NCBI GenBank assembly: GCA_015233115.1
Contig: JADFYJ010000002.1
Location: 111,216-175,215, forward strand
DNA: 64,000 bases
Direction: 5' to 3'
DNA from: Candidatus Omnitrophota bacterium
Lineage (GTDB): Bacteria; Omnitrophota; Gorgyraeia; Zapsychrales; Zapsychraceae
A model generated the notes under the pieces. That model saw nothing but the letters and a program-made list of their open reading frames with translations, made no database searches and was not told the origin of the DNA. A program made the translations under genes and the position numbers. This document shows, in pieces, positions 19,369 to 29,576 of this stretch (position 1 is the first letter of the stretch; each line of letters opens with the position of its first letter).

Positions 19369-19617
19369 CGGTTGATAGTTGATCGTTTTTAGTTTTTGGA
19401 AACAGCAAATGGTGTCATAACCAACAACCCAAAACGCACAAGTTAATATCCTGTACCCGTGAAACAAAACCATATTATCAACATGTCTTGGTTTTGCAAG
19501 CAAAAAAAATAAAATATTTTTTTCCCTATTTATGGTTGATAAGTTTTTGCTTTTTGAAAAAAACGATTAGTTTTAGCAACCAACAACCAAAAACCAACAA
19601 CCAAAAACCAATTAACT
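19369..19617. repeat. pair of class B heptamer-arm elements
   Basis: Copies at ~19369-19435 and ~19532-19617 with cores GGAAACAGCAAATGGTGTCATA and GAAAAAACGATTAGTTTTAGCA. Confidence 0.85.
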
Positions 19618-20050
19618 ATACATCAATTATATTTTTATCCTGCCCTTTGCGGTCTGAACCAGGGAAATGGCTGAATACCTGGACTTGCCCGGATTGAGCC
19701 ATATGTTCCAGTTTTTTCCTAAATAAAGTCCTGATCAGCCTTCGGGTTAAAGGGAATAAAAATATATAACCGATGACATCAGAAATAAAACCTGGAATCA
19801 CTAATAAGATCCCCCCAGCTAAAATCAGGAGGCCATCCAGCATTTCCGCATCCGGCATACGACCTTGAGCAAGTTCCTGCTGGATTTTAGATATAACCTT
19901 AAGCCCTTGATATCTGGCCAAGGTCGCGCCAAAGATCGCGTTCAAAACCAAAGCTAAAATCGTATTGGTCGCGCCAATAATGGCGCCAACCTTGATCAGC
20001 ACAAAAATTTCCAAAAACACGAAAAAGATAATAATCAAAAATATTGGCAT
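19616..20050 (-). CDS. fxsA: FxsA family membrane protein
   Basis: EI..LI.VG..IG and GGILLVIPGFISD motifs. Confidence 0.9.
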   Translation of the reverse strand: MPIFLIIIFFVFLEIFVLIKVGAIIGATNTILALVLNAIFGATLARYQGLKVISKIQQELAQGRMPDAEMLDGLLILAGGILLVIPGFISDVIGYIFLFPLTRRLIRTLFRKKLEHMAQSGQVQVFSHFPGSDRKGQDKNIIDV

Positions 20051-20067
20051 ATTTTACTTTCAAAGAT

Positions 20068-20160
20068 GGTGTCAGATCTCGACCTGAAACAGTTCGTTCG
20101 AAATTAGAAATTGTCGCCGGTTAGTTGCTTTGCGCCAAAGCTCAGCCGAGATCAGACACC
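20068..20160. mobile_element. 93-bp MITE-like element
   Basis: Terminal inverted repeats GGTGTCAGATCTCGAC / GCCGAGATCAGACACC. Confidence 0.7.
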
Positions 20161-20172
20161 GTTTTTTTACTA

Positions 20173-20526
20173 TTATTGCTCTCTTACTAGTTCAAAAGCT
20201 ACATAATCCGCGTTACCGCTTAGCGCTTTAGGTTTCTTAATGACCACTTGGGTCTTATTTACCAATTTATGTTCCAAGACAATTTCAGCAATATAATCCG
20301 CGATTTTTTCAATTAAATGAAATGAAGTCTTTTCAACCTTGGCCTTTATACTCTTAACCAAAGCCGCATAATCCAGCGCGAACTTCAAATCATCCGTCTG
20401 GCACGCTTTGGCCGCATCGTATTCGATAGTTATATCCATCAATAGCAGCTGTTTAGTTTTCCGTTCTTTAGGCAATGTGCCGATAATAGTGCGGATCTTT
20501 AAATTATGGATATGAATTTTTTGCAT
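20173..20526 (-). CDS. folB: dihydroneopterin aldolase
   Basis: IG..P.ER...Q, DY, LIE..A and KP motifs; next to folE. Confidence 0.92.
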   Translation of the reverse strand: MQKIHIHNLKIRTIIGTLPKERKTKQLLLMDITIEYDAAKACQTDDLKFALDYAALVKSIKAKVEKTSFHLIEKIADYIAEIVLEHKLVNKTQVVIKKPKALSGNADYVAFELVREQ

Positions 20527-20528
20527 AG

Positions 20529-21116
20529 TTAGCGATTGATCAGACTTAAAAATTCAGCGCGGGTTGAACTTTCACTACGGAAAAGGCCTAACATGCATGA
20601 GGTGATCATTTTGGAATTTTGTTTTTCTACCCCGCGCATCATGGTGCACAAATGCTGGGCTTCAATGACCACGCCGACGCCGATAGCGCCGGTATATTTC
20701 ATAACCGCTTCCGCGATCTCTTTGGTCAGATTTTCCTGAATTTGCAATCTGCGGGCAAAAACGTCCACTAACCGCGGAATTTTGGAAAGGCCGATGATCT
20801 TCTTATTAGGCAAATACCCCACATGGCATTTTCCGAAAAACGGCAATAAATGATGCTCGCACATGGAATACAATTCAATATCTTTAACGATAATCATTTC
20901 ATCATTATCAGATTCATAAACCGCGTCATTAATTACTGTATCAAGATTTTCGCCATACCCTTTGGTCAGAAAATTAATCGCCTTAGCCGCCCGGTGCGGA
21001 GTGCGTACTAATCCCTCCCGCTGCGGATCTTCTCCAACTGACAAAAGTATTTCCTGATATAACTGCTCTAATTTTTTTAATTCATCATGATTCATTGTTT
21101 TTTTACCCATACCCAT
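20529..21116 (-). CDS. folE: GTP cyclohydrolase I
   Basis: [15 protein letters not shown] and HLCTMMRGV motifs. Confidence 0.97.
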   Translation of the reverse strand: MGMGKKTMNHDELKKLEQLYQEILLSVGEDPQREGLVRTPHRAAKAINFLTKGYGENLDTVINDAVYESDNDEMIIVKDIELYSMCEHHLLPFFGKCHVGYLPNKKIIGLSKIPRLVDVFARRLQIQENLTKEIAEAVMKYTGAIGVGVVIEAQHLCTMMRGVEKQNSKMITSCMLGLFRSESSTRAEFLSLINR

Positions 21117-21131
21117 GAAAATATTGTGAAT

Positions 21132-21157
21132 CGGACAGGTCGGGGACCTGTCCCTAC
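21132..21157 (-). repeat. single GTAG-type REP
   Basis: Minus strand reads GTAGGGACAGGTCCCCGACCTGTCCG (GTAG tag plus hairpin). Confidence 0.7.
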
Positions 21158-21206
21158 GAGTTTTTACTATTTGTTTATTATCACCATAAAATTACAAATG
21201 TCAACT

Positions 21207-24200
21207 CTATGTCTGATTCCTAAAATTTTTGACATAATCCAAAAAATCAGCCGGGGAAACGGGTTTGCTGAAATAAAAGCCTTGCACAAAATCACAGCCG
21301 TATTCTTGGAGCATGCCGGCTTGTTCTTTGGTTTCTACGCCTTCTGATGTTACTTTAAGGTTTAAGCTTTTGCTCAGGGAGATAATCCCTTTGATCAATG
21401 CGTTCGTATTCGTATTCCCGGGCATTTCCTTGATAAAACTGCGGTCAATTTTTACCATATCGACCGGAAATTTTTGCAGATAATTTAATGAGGAATAACC
21501 TGTCCCAAAATCATCAATGGCAAAATGTACGCCCATGCCAGATATTTTTTGAATGCACTCCATAATATGCTCGCCGCAATCCATTAATAGATGTTCTGTA
21601 ATCTCCAGCTCTAATTTATCAGGCGAAAGCTGCGCGCGCTCTAACGCGCTTTTGACTGCCAAAGATAAATCACCATGCCGAAATTGACGAACAGAAATAT
21701 TAACCGCTACTTTTAATGATAAACCTAACTGGTCATTCCAATATTTAGCCTGACTGCACGCTTCCCGTAAAACCCATTCACCGATCGGTACAATTAACCC
21801 GTTTTCTTCACATAAAGCAATAAATTTATCCGGCATGACCAATCCTAACACGCGATTTTGCCATCGTATTAATGCTTCAAATCCAATAATTTTTCCCGTC
21901 TGTAAACTCAGTAAAGGCTGATAATGAAGAAAAAATTCTTTATTTTCCAGCGCGTGTCTTAGATGCGATTCTAATTCCATACGTTCAGACATTTTTTCAT
22001 TCATAGCTGGCGTAAAATAATAGCTCGTATTGCGTGAATTTTCTTTCGCTTTAAACATGGCGGCTTCAGCATTTTTAAATAAAATTTGCGCGTCCCTGCC
22101 ATCGGAAGGCGCAATAGTAATACCAATGCTGGCGGAAGTAAACAGCTCCTTCCCCTCAATAACAAAAGCCATAGACAACATCACCAAAATTTTTTTTGCA
22201 ACCACATCAGAATGCGTGGTAGACTCCAAATCCGATAAGATAATAAGGAATTCATCTCCAGCCATTCTAGCGACAGTATCGCTTTCCCGTACCGTCTCTT
22301 TTAGACGCTGTGAAACATGTTGTAATAAATGATCCCCATAGGTATGTCCCAGCGTATCATTAATTTCCTTAAACCGATCCAAACCAACCAACAGTACTGC
22401 CACACTTTTGTTCTCCCTCTGGGCCCGTGCAACTGCCTGGGTCAAACGATCAAGGGCTAAGACCCGATTAGGCAAATTTGTCAATCCATCATAATTCGCC
22501 TGATATTCCAATCGATTTTCATACTCTTTCCTCAACGTTATATCTTCTTCAATAGCGACAAAATGAGTGATTAAATCTTTGGCATTTTTGATGGGTGATA
22601 TGGAAACATACGCCCAATATACTTCTCCATTTTTACGCCGATTACACAACTCCCCGCTCCAATTATGGCCCAAAAGAATGGTATTCCAGAGATCTTGATA
22701 GTCGGTCTGGGACGTGTAACCTGATTGTAAAAAACGCGGAGATTTACCAATAACTTCATTGGACGTATAACCAGTTATGTCAGTAAATTGGCGATTCACA
22801 TATTCAATATGGCCGCTCAGATCCGTGATAATCACTGTGGCGGGATTTTGTTCCACAACCTGGTTGAGTTTAATGCTTAAATCTTTAACCTTTTGCTGTT
22901 CGGTAATATCAATGCCTACGCCAATTATAAAATCGACATCCCCTTCCCCATTTAAAATTGTTGAACCTCTCCACTCTACTAGAATTTCCTGGCCCCCTTT
23001 TGTCAAAACATGACTCATGCCAGAAAGCTGCCTTTTGGTTGAAATCAAATCACCAAACCGCGCGCGCAATAAATCGCGTTCATGTTCAGGAACCAGGTCA
23101 TTCACATAATGAAGGCTTGAAGCTTCCTCCTTTTTATATCCTAACGCGGATAACATGGCATTGTTCATCAACAAGACTTTATGATTCAAATCAACAGCCA
23201 CAAAAAAGACCGGAGAATTATCAAGAATAGAACTGGTAAAATTCTGTTCTTTGAGTAAGGCTTCTTCCGCTTTTTTTCTTTTGGTGATATCCATGCCGAT
23301 TGATAAAACACCGGTCAATTTATTATCCGAGTCATAAATCGGTTTATTCGTCCAGTTGACCCAAACTCTTTCCCCATTCTTCCGCACATTTTCGTTTTCA
23401 TGATTCACGAATTTTTCTGGCGCAGACAGCAATTCATCCACAAAATCTTTTAAATTCCTGCCGATTGAATCGTGTACTGGAATAATTTTATTAACAGGAT
23501 TCTCTCCTATCAATTCTTCCGAACTATAACCAAAAAATTTCAAAGCAAATTCATTGGCAAAAGTAATCCGGCCATGAACATCCGTTTTAAGAATAATGCT
23601 GTTGGCGTTTTCTACCAATTCCCGGTATTTTTTTTCACTCTCTAATAAAGAAAATTCGACTCGCTTAGTTTCAGTCTTATCATCATATACAGCAACAATC
23701 TCTCCAGTTGACAATTTAAAAGCATAGTTCTCAACCCACAAGGATATACGGTTATCTTTATATTCTGTTGTACCTAAATGCTCAGTATTGCCGCTCATAT
23801 TCACTTGCTGCAATAAGTTAATAAGACCCATATGTTTCGCAGAAGGAAACACTTCGGAAAGTTTTTTACCAATGACATCTTCACGAATCATGGAAGGAAT
23901 CGCACAGCCCGCATTATTAATATCCACAAAAATAAAATCATGACCATCTTCAGTCGGACGATAAACAGCCACACCTTCTTTCATCGTGTTAAATAAGTTG
24001 CGGAATCGCTGTTCAGTAAAACTTAATTCCTGTTCCCACTTTTTTCGCGCGTTGATATCGGAAACAACCGCGAATCCGCCTTTCCAATTCCCTTTTTCAT
24101 CAAAAATAAGTTGAGGCGAAATCAACCCAAAAAATATTGATCTATCTTTACGGTATAATTCAAGCTCATACGACGTACTCGCCTGATGACGGATCACACT

Positions 24201-25127
24201 CAAATGTTTCATGAACAACTCAAATCCCTGAGGCGTCAAAAAATCAAAAATCGGTTTACCCATAATCTCATCCGTTGTGAATCCCAGAAAATCACAAAAT
24301 TTAGGATTAACATACTGGATTCGGCGGTTAGCATCAATCACACAAATCCCATCATTCATATTCTCAACCAATGAACGGTAACGTTGTTCATTAGCCGTTA
24401 ATTTTTCTTCAAATTCAATCCTTTTTAATTCTTGAGAAGTAAACTGCCAAATCAAATATAATGACAGTAAAGCAATAATCCCCAATATACGCATAAAGAT
24501 CCAGGTCAAATCTTTCAAATAAATATTAGTCTCTGTATTAATGTCATTGGCATAAAACCCTACCCCGATTATCCATCCCCAAGGTTCAAATTTTTTAATA
24601 TACGCGATCTTGGGTATAACTTTATTAGGATGATCCTGCCATTGCCAAAGATATTTCACATAACCTTCGCCATGTTTATTCGCCACATCCACTATTTCCT
24701 TAATAAAATACTTCCCCGCTGGGTCAGTATAATTAAGAAGATTCGACCCTTCCAAATCAGGACGATAAGGATGTAAAAGGACAACGCCTTTATCATTCAC
24801 AATCCAAAAATAATCTTTATGCCCCTCTCCGTACCTGATCAATTTAATCTGCCGCAATGCTTTTTTTTGGGCATCTTCAAGCGAAATCTGCCCGTGAGCG
24901 ACTTGATCCTGAAATTCCCGTAACAAATCTGTAGAAATATAGGATACTTCTTTAATAAGCAATTTTTTTGATTCCAATATGCTGGCTTTAAAAGCTGGCA
25001 GGCTCAGATAAAAAACCGCAAAAAATGAGAGAAAAAATGTTAAGAAAACGGGAAGGATGTTACGAACAAGTATCTGCAACGAAATTTTTCTAAAATGATT
25101 ATTTTTTCGCATAATATATGATACCAT
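21207..25127 (-). CDS. membrane Cache-5xPAS-GGDEF-EAL protein (c-di-GMP turnover)
   Basis: Cache (RYG..DYFW, WGWIIGVG), five PAS blocks, AGDEF, EAL and DDFGTGYSS motifs. Confidence 0.93.
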   Translation of the reverse strand: MVSYIMRKNNHFRKISLQILVRNILPVFLTFFLSFFAVFYLSLPAFKASILESKKLLIKEVSYISTDLLREFQDQVAHGQISLEDAQKKALRQIKLIRYGEGHKDYFWIVNDKGVVLLHPYRPDLEGSNLLNYTDPAGKYFIKEIVDVANKHGEGYVKYLWQWQDHPNKVIPKIAYIKKFEPWGWIIGVGFYANDINTETNIYLKDLTWIFMRILGIIALLSLYLIWQFTSQELKRIEFEEKLTANEQRYRSLVENMNDGICVIDANRRIQYVNPKFCDFLGFTTDEIMGKPIFDFLTPQGFELFMKHLSVIRHQASTSYELELYRKDRSIFFGLISPQLIFDEKGNWKGGFAVVSDINARKKWEQELSFTEQRFRNLFNTMKEGVAVYRPTEDGHDFIFVDINNAGCAIPSMIREDVIGKKLSEVFPSAKHMGLINLLQQVNMSGNTEHLGTTEYKDNRISLWVENYAFKLSTGEIVAVYDDKTETKRVEFSLLESEKKYRELVENANSIILKTDVHGRITFANEFALKFFGYSSEELIGENPVNKIIPVHDSIGRNLKDFVDELLSAPEKFVNHENENVRKNGERVWVNWTNKPIYDSDNKLTGVLSIGMDITKRKKAEEALLKEQNFTSSILDNSPVFFVAVDLNHKVLLMNNAMLSALGYKKEEASSLHYVNDLVPEHERDLLRARFGDLISTKRQLSGMSHVLTKGGQEILVEWRGSTILNGEGDVDFIIGVGIDITEQQKVKDLSIKLNQVVEQNPATVIITDLSGHIEYVNRQFTDITGYTSNEVIGKSPRFLQSGYTSQTDYQDLWNTILLGHNWSGELCNRRKNGEVYWAYVSISPIKNAKDLITHFVAIEEDITLRKEYENRLEYQANYDGLTNLPNRVLALDRLTQAVARAQRENKSVAVLLVGLDRFKEINDTLGHTYGDHLLQHVSQRLKETVRESDTVARMAGDEFLIILSDLESTTHSDVVAKKILVMLSMAFVIEGKELFTSASIGITIAPSDGRDAQILFKNAEAAMFKAKENSRNTSYYFTPAMNEKMSERMELESHLRHALENKEFFLHYQPLLSLQTGKIIGFEALIRWQNRVLGLVMPDKFIALCEENGLIVPIGEWVLREACSQAKYWNDQLGLSLKVAVNISVRQFRHGDLSLAVKSALERAQLSPDKLELEITEHLLMDCGEHIMECIQKISGMGVHFAIDDFGTGYSSLNYLQKFPVDMVKIDRSFIKEMPGNTNTNALIKGIISLSKSLNLKVTSEGVETKEQAGMLQEYGCDFVQGFYFSKPVSPADFLDYVKNFRNQT

Positions 25128-25134
25128 TTTTAAT

Positions 25135-25938
25135 ATGAATATTAAAGCTGATTATCACATCCATACCGCCCTCTGCGGCCATGCTAATGGAGAACCATTT
25201 GAATATGTCGAACAAGCTATTAAAATCGGCTTAAAAGAAATTGGTTTTTCTGACCATGCGCCCTTAGTCGCGTTTGATGATCCTACCGTGTCCATGGATT
25301 ATAATGAATTACCGCAATATCATCGGCTGATTGAGGAAGTGCGTCAAAAATACCAAGATAAAATCATCATCAAAGTAGGTATTGAAGCAGATTTTTTTCC
25401 AGGTTATACAGATAAAACGCGCGATATTTTGAATGCTTACCCGTACGATTATGTTTTGGGTTCTGTACACTACATGGAAAAATGGGGATTTGATGACCCT
25501 ATCCAACGGCAAATTTGGGATGAACGCGACGTTAACGAAGTTTATCGGGAATATTATCATCTCTTGCGCGCCAGCGCGCAATCAGGATTATTCGATATCA
25601 TTGCTCACGTGGATCTGGTCAAAAAATTTGGGCATCGCGCGACGGATAATCTTACGGAAGAAATCATCAAAACAGCGAAAGTCTTCAAAGAGGCAAATGT
25701 GGCGATTGAAATCAACACCTCGGGTTTACGAAAACCAGCCAAAGAAATTTATCCTGCCCTTTGGACTTTGGAAATATATGCTAAAGCCGGCGTCCCGATA
25801 GTATTCGGGTCTGATTCTCACACACCGGACCAGGTCGCGAAAGATTTTGACAAAGCCAAAGATTTAGCTTTAAAAGCAGGTTACAAAGAATATCTGATTT
25901 TTTCAAAACGAAAAATTGAGCGGATCGAAAAATTATAA
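25135..25938 (+). CDS. PHP-family histidinol-phosphatase (HisJ/HisK type)
   Basis: DYHIHT..CGHA, SDHAP, GSVH, EINTSG and GSDSH motifs. Confidence 0.88.
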   Translation: MNIKADYHIHTALCGHANGEPFEYVEQAIKIGLKEIGFSDHAPLVAFDDPTVSMDYNELPQYHRLIEEVRQKYQDKIIIKVGIEADFFPGYTDKTRDILNAYPYDYVLGSVHYMEKWGFDDPIQRQIWDERDVNEVYREYYHLLRASAQSGLFDIIAHVDLVKKFGHRATDNLTEEIIKTAKVFKEANVAIEINTSGLRKPAKEIYPALWTLEIYAKAGVPIVFGSDSHTPDQVAKDFDKAKDLALKAGYKEYLIFSKRKIERIEKL

Positions 25939-26190
25939 CTTGCCTGAATAATTAAACAACTCTTCTACTTTATAATTCTTAGCCGTCGTAATATTAAGAG
26001 CGCGCCACACTTTCAGTTGAATTTTCCGGTTCAACCTGCGGCCTTCACGGGCTTTTTTCAACATCTTAAAACTTAATTGTTCAGTCGATGATTTGACGAC
26101 CTGAGCATTATCCACTTTTAATTGATTCATGATTCCGTCGATAGGCTGAACGCCTAATTCAACGTTAAGGGGTTCTGAAAACTGCGGCAT
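25933..26190 (-). CDS. small basic hypothetical protein, possibly DNA-binding
   Basis: Start MPQFSE immediately after the ispG stop; EQLSFK.LKKAR.GRRL...LFNY. Confidence 0.6.
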   Translation of the reverse strand: MPQFSEPLNVELGVQPIDGIMNQLKVDNAQVVKSSTEQLSFKMLKKAREGRRLNRKIQLKVWRALNITTAKNYKVEELFNYSGKL

Positions 26191-26191
26191 A

Positions 26192-27406
26192 TTATTTGGC
26201 CTTATAATGCTGGTCGATAAAATCTTCAAGAATTTCCAAAAACTCTTCCTTAATTGCTTCACCTTTAAGAGTGGCAATCATTTTTCCCTGGGCATAAACC
26301 GGTGCTTGCATGTGTTCAGACGCTCCGGGTAAACAGATTCCAATATCCGCGTGCTGACTTTCACCGGGGCCATTCACCACACACCCCATAACCGCTATTT
26401 TAAGTTTCTCTACTCCGGGATATTTTTTCGCCCAGCGGACAATATTTTTTTTAATATGAACCCTCACATCTTCAGCCAGATGCTGAAAATAATCTGACGA
26501 AGTCCGTCCACAACCCGGACAACTGGTCACCATCGGATGAAAATGCCGTAATCCTAATGATTGCAGTAATGCTTTGCAAACTTCAACTTCACGGGCTCTA
26601 GGAACATTTGGCTGAGGCGTTAATGACACCCGGATCGTGTCGCCGATTCCCTGATATAATAATATCCCCAGTGCGGCAGAACTTGAAGATACGCCTTCTA
26701 TATCTCCCCCGGCCTCTGTCAATCCTAAATGCAGAACATAATCGCATTTTTGGGCCAGCAACGCATAGACTTTGACCATATCCTGCAATTGCGACATTTT
26801 AACGCTTAATATGATTTTATTTTTGGGCAAACCAATTTTTTGGGCAATCAAGGCACTGTCGATCGCGCTTTTAATCATGGCCTGATAAGAAATCTCCGCG
26901 AATGATTTAGGCTGCTTTAATTTATCATTTTTTTCAACTAATTCCGCCAACACATCCTGATCAATAGACCCCCAATTTACGCCGATACGGACCGGTTTCT
27001 TATTGGCAATGGCCATCTTGATGATCTGCGAGAAATTATCATTATGATTCTTCCCTTTTCCCACATTCCCGGGATTTATACGATATTTATCCAGCAGTCG
27101 AGCGCATTCCGGAAACTTTTCCAGCAAAATATGGCCGTTATAATGAAAATCCCCGATAATAGGCGTTGAATATTTTTTACGAAGACGAGTTATAATTTTA
27201 ATTGATGCCTTGGCCGCGGCTTCATCATTAATTGTCCAACGGACCATATCAGAACCGGCCTTGATCAAATCAACGGTTTGCCGATATGTGGCATCCACAT
27301 TTTCCGTCGGAGTGTCCGTCATGGATTGGATGACAACCGGATGTTCTGAGCCAAGCAAAACCCGGCCCACTTGTACTGTAGGAGTTTTTCTGCGCTTATT
27401 GATCAT
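26192..27406 (-). CDS. ispG: 4-hydroxy-3-methylbut-2-en-1-yl diphosphate synthase
   Basis: QSMT, RINPGN, LHLGLTEAG, CPGCGRT and GCVVNGPGE motifs. Confidence 0.97.
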   Translation of the reverse strand: MINKRRKTPTVQVGRVLLGSEHPVVIQSMTDTPTENVDATYRQTVDLIKAGSDMVRWTINDEAAAKASIKIITRLRKKYSTPIIGDFHYNGHILLEKFPECARLLDKYRINPGNVGKGKNHNDNFSQIIKMAIANKKPVRIGVNWGSIDQDVLAELVEKNDKLKQPKSFAEISYQAMIKSAIDSALIAQKIGLPKNKIILSVKMSQLQDMVKVYALLAQKCDYVLHLGLTEAGGDIEGVSSSSAALGILLYQGIGDTIRVSLTPQPNVPRAREVEVCKALLQSLGLRHFHPMVTSCPGCGRTSSDYFQHLAEDVRVHIKKNIVRWAKKYPGVEKLKIAVMGCVVNGPGESQHADIGICLPGASEHMQAPVYAQGKMIATLKGEAIKEEFLEILEDFIDQHYKAK

Positions 27407-27485
27407 TTTTTAATTATAGCGACTGTTTTATAAATTAACATTAAAAAAAATTTAACATTCTAGTTTTATTGGTAAGATATTAATT

Positions 27486-28406
27486 ATGGAAATATATTTA
27501 TCGAGAACTCAAGGGTTTTGTTCAGGCGTGGCGCACGCGGTTACTATTGTGGAAAAAGCCTTGGAAAAATACGGCACTCCACTTTATGTATATCATGAGA
27601 TTGTGCATAACACGCATGTCGTGAATAATTTTAAAAACAAAGGCGTCACCTTTGTTGACGATCTTAACGGCGTTCCGGATAAAGCTGTGATTATTTTTAG
27701 CGCACACGGAGTCCCTCCGTCCACATTTATAGAGGCAAAGCAAAAAAACCTATACATCATTGACGCGACATGTCCCCTGGTCAAACGGGTTCATTATCAA
27801 GCCATGCAATTATCCGCAGCTCAATGCCACACGATTTTGATAGGGCATAAAGGCCACCAGGAAGTCAGTGGAACTGCCGGATATGTAAAACCTGAGCTTC
27901 TGCATTTTGTGCAAGACGTGAATGATATTAAAAATTTAAAGCTCGCTCCGGACGCCAATGTCGGTTATGTCACTCAAACCACGTTATCTGAAGATGAAAC
28001 ACACGAAATGATTAGCCTTTTAAAAAAACAATTTAAAAATCTGCGTATACCGGATCAATCTGATGTGTGTTACGCGACGCAAAACCGTCAAAATGCCGTG
28101 AAAGAGCTGGCTCAATTATGCGATTTTATTATTGTGTGCGGGTCTTCCAACAGTTCAAACACAAACCGGTTAAAAGAGACGGGTGAACGCTACGGAACAA
28201 AATCGATCATCATTGATAACCCGGAAGATTTAAACTTATCGCTATTAGAGAAAATAAAAAAATGCGGCATTACTTCAGGAGCATCTGTGCCCTATTACAT
28301 CGTGGATAAAATGTTAGCCCGCATCCTGAAAACTTATCCTGACGCTGTTGTGCACACGTTCGATAATCCGGAGAAAAATACTCAATTTAAACTTCCTCCG
28401 ATATAG
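27486..28406 (+). CDS. ispH: 4-hydroxy-3-methylbut-2-enyl diphosphate reductase
   Basis: GFCSGV, HEIVHN, SAHG, DATCPLV, QTT, CYATQNRQ and SSN motifs. Confidence 0.97.
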   Translation: MEIYLSRTQGFCSGVAHAVTIVEKALEKYGTPLYVYHEIVHNTHVVNNFKNKGVTFVDDLNGVPDKAVIIFSAHGVPPSTFIEAKQKNLYIIDATCPLVKRVHYQAMQLSAAQCHTILIGHKGHQEVSGTAGYVKPELLHFVQDVNDIKNLKLAPDANVGYVTQTTLSEDETHEMISLLKKQFKNLRIPDQSDVCYATQNRQNAVKELAQLCDFIIVCGSSNSSNTNRLKETGERYGTKSIIIDNPEDLNLSLLEKIKKCGITSGASVPYYIVDKMLARILKTYPDAVVHTFDNPEKNTQFKLPPI

Positions 28407-28419
28407 AAAGAAACAGTCA

Positions 28420-29343
28420 ATGCTTAAAATTAATGATCACCTTGAAATAAATACCGATGTTGTCCGCATGGAGCAATATACAACTTTTCAAATCGGCGGG
28501 CCCTGCCAGGGAATTTGTTCATGTCAAAACAGCGAAGAGATTTTATTCGCGCTTCACTATTTTCATAAAAATAAATTACCGTTTATCGTGATGGGGCAAG
28601 GATCTAATTTGCTGGTGTCAGATCAGGGACTGGATTGTTATGTAATCCGTTATTTTTCCGAAAAACCCTTTATTCTTCCGATTAACGAATGTGAACTCGA
28701 GGTAGATTGTTCCACAAAATTAGACGATCTGGCTGCTTACGCCGCAGAACATGGATTAAAAGGAATTAATTACGCGAGCGGCATTCCCGGAACAGTCGGC
28801 GGAGCAATTGTCGGCAATGCCGGCGCTTATGGACAACAAATCGGTGACATTGTCAAATCTGTTTTAATCTACGATACTGAAAATACCTGCGCCAAGACTT
28901 TGACTCCCGAAGATCTCAAATTCGCTTACCGGGAATCACGGCTCAAACATTCCAGCGAGGTTATTCTTTCGGCCCGCCTTGCCTTTACGCATCAGCACAA
29001 ATCAGAATTACTGGCTGAACGGCAGACAATTCTCAATGAAAGAAAGTCCAAGCATCCTGACTGGAAAACAATTCCGTCAGCCGGGAGTGTGTTTAAAAAT
29101 GTCGCGCCAACATCAGACGGAGGACGGCGCAAATCAGCAGGCTGGTTCTTAGACGAAGCCGGAGCCAAACACTTCGCCTTTAACGGCGCCAAAGTATTCC
29201 CGAGCCACGCCAACATTATTATTAAAGACGGCCCTTGTTCCGCGCAGGATGTATTAAATTTGATTCAAAAAATGCAAACCGCAGTAAAAAATCAATTTGG
29301 TATTGAATTGGAACCGGAAGTAAGGATGTTGGGGAAATTTTAA
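28420..29343 (+). CDS. murB: UDP-N-acetylenolpyruvoylglucosamine reductase
   Basis: GSNLL, GIPGTVGGA..NAGAYG, SAGSVFKN and LEPEV motifs; start moved to MLKIND. Confidence 0.93.
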   Translation: MLKINDHLEINTDVVRMEQYTTFQIGGPCQGICSCQNSEEILFALHYFHKNKLPFIVMGQGSNLLVSDQGLDCYVIRYFSEKPFILPINECELEVDCSTKLDDLAAYAAEHGLKGINYASGIPGTVGGAIVGNAGAYGQQIGDIVKSVLIYDTENTCAKTLTPEDLKFAYRESRLKHSSEVILSARLAFTHQHKSELLAERQTILNERKSKHPDWKTIPSAGSVFKNVAPTSDGGRRKSAGWFLDEAGAKHFAFNGAKVFPSHANIIIKDGPCSAQDVLNLIQKMQTAVKNQFGIELEPEVRMLGKF

Positions 29344-29562
29344 TTACGCCATCTCCACTTTGATATCAGGATTAATTTTCTCTTTCAAAATTGACTCAAT
29401 GAATTTCAAAGTCCCATACGCCGCATGAGGACAGCCGCAGCAGGAACCTTTATAGTCAATTTTCAAAACATTGTCTTTATAGCTGATAATATTCAAATCC
29501 CCTCCATCACGTTGTAACATAGGACGAATCTCTTCATCAACAATTTTCTTTATTTCATCCAT
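29344..29562 (-). CDS. stand-alone NifU C-terminal (Nfu) domain protein
   Basis: IRPMLQRDGGD and G.C.GCP motifs. Confidence 0.9.
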   Translation of the reverse strand: MDEIKKIVDEEIRPMLQRDGGDLNIISYKDNVLKIDYKGSCCGCPHAAYGTLKFIESILKEKINPDIKVEMA

Positions 29563-29576
29563 GATAATTTTCCTTT

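Noticed and set aside
6317-19617. Class B repeats as a CRISPR array
   Set aside because: Copies are dispersed singly or in pairs, arm lengths vary, there is no regular repeat-spacer period and no cas genes are present.
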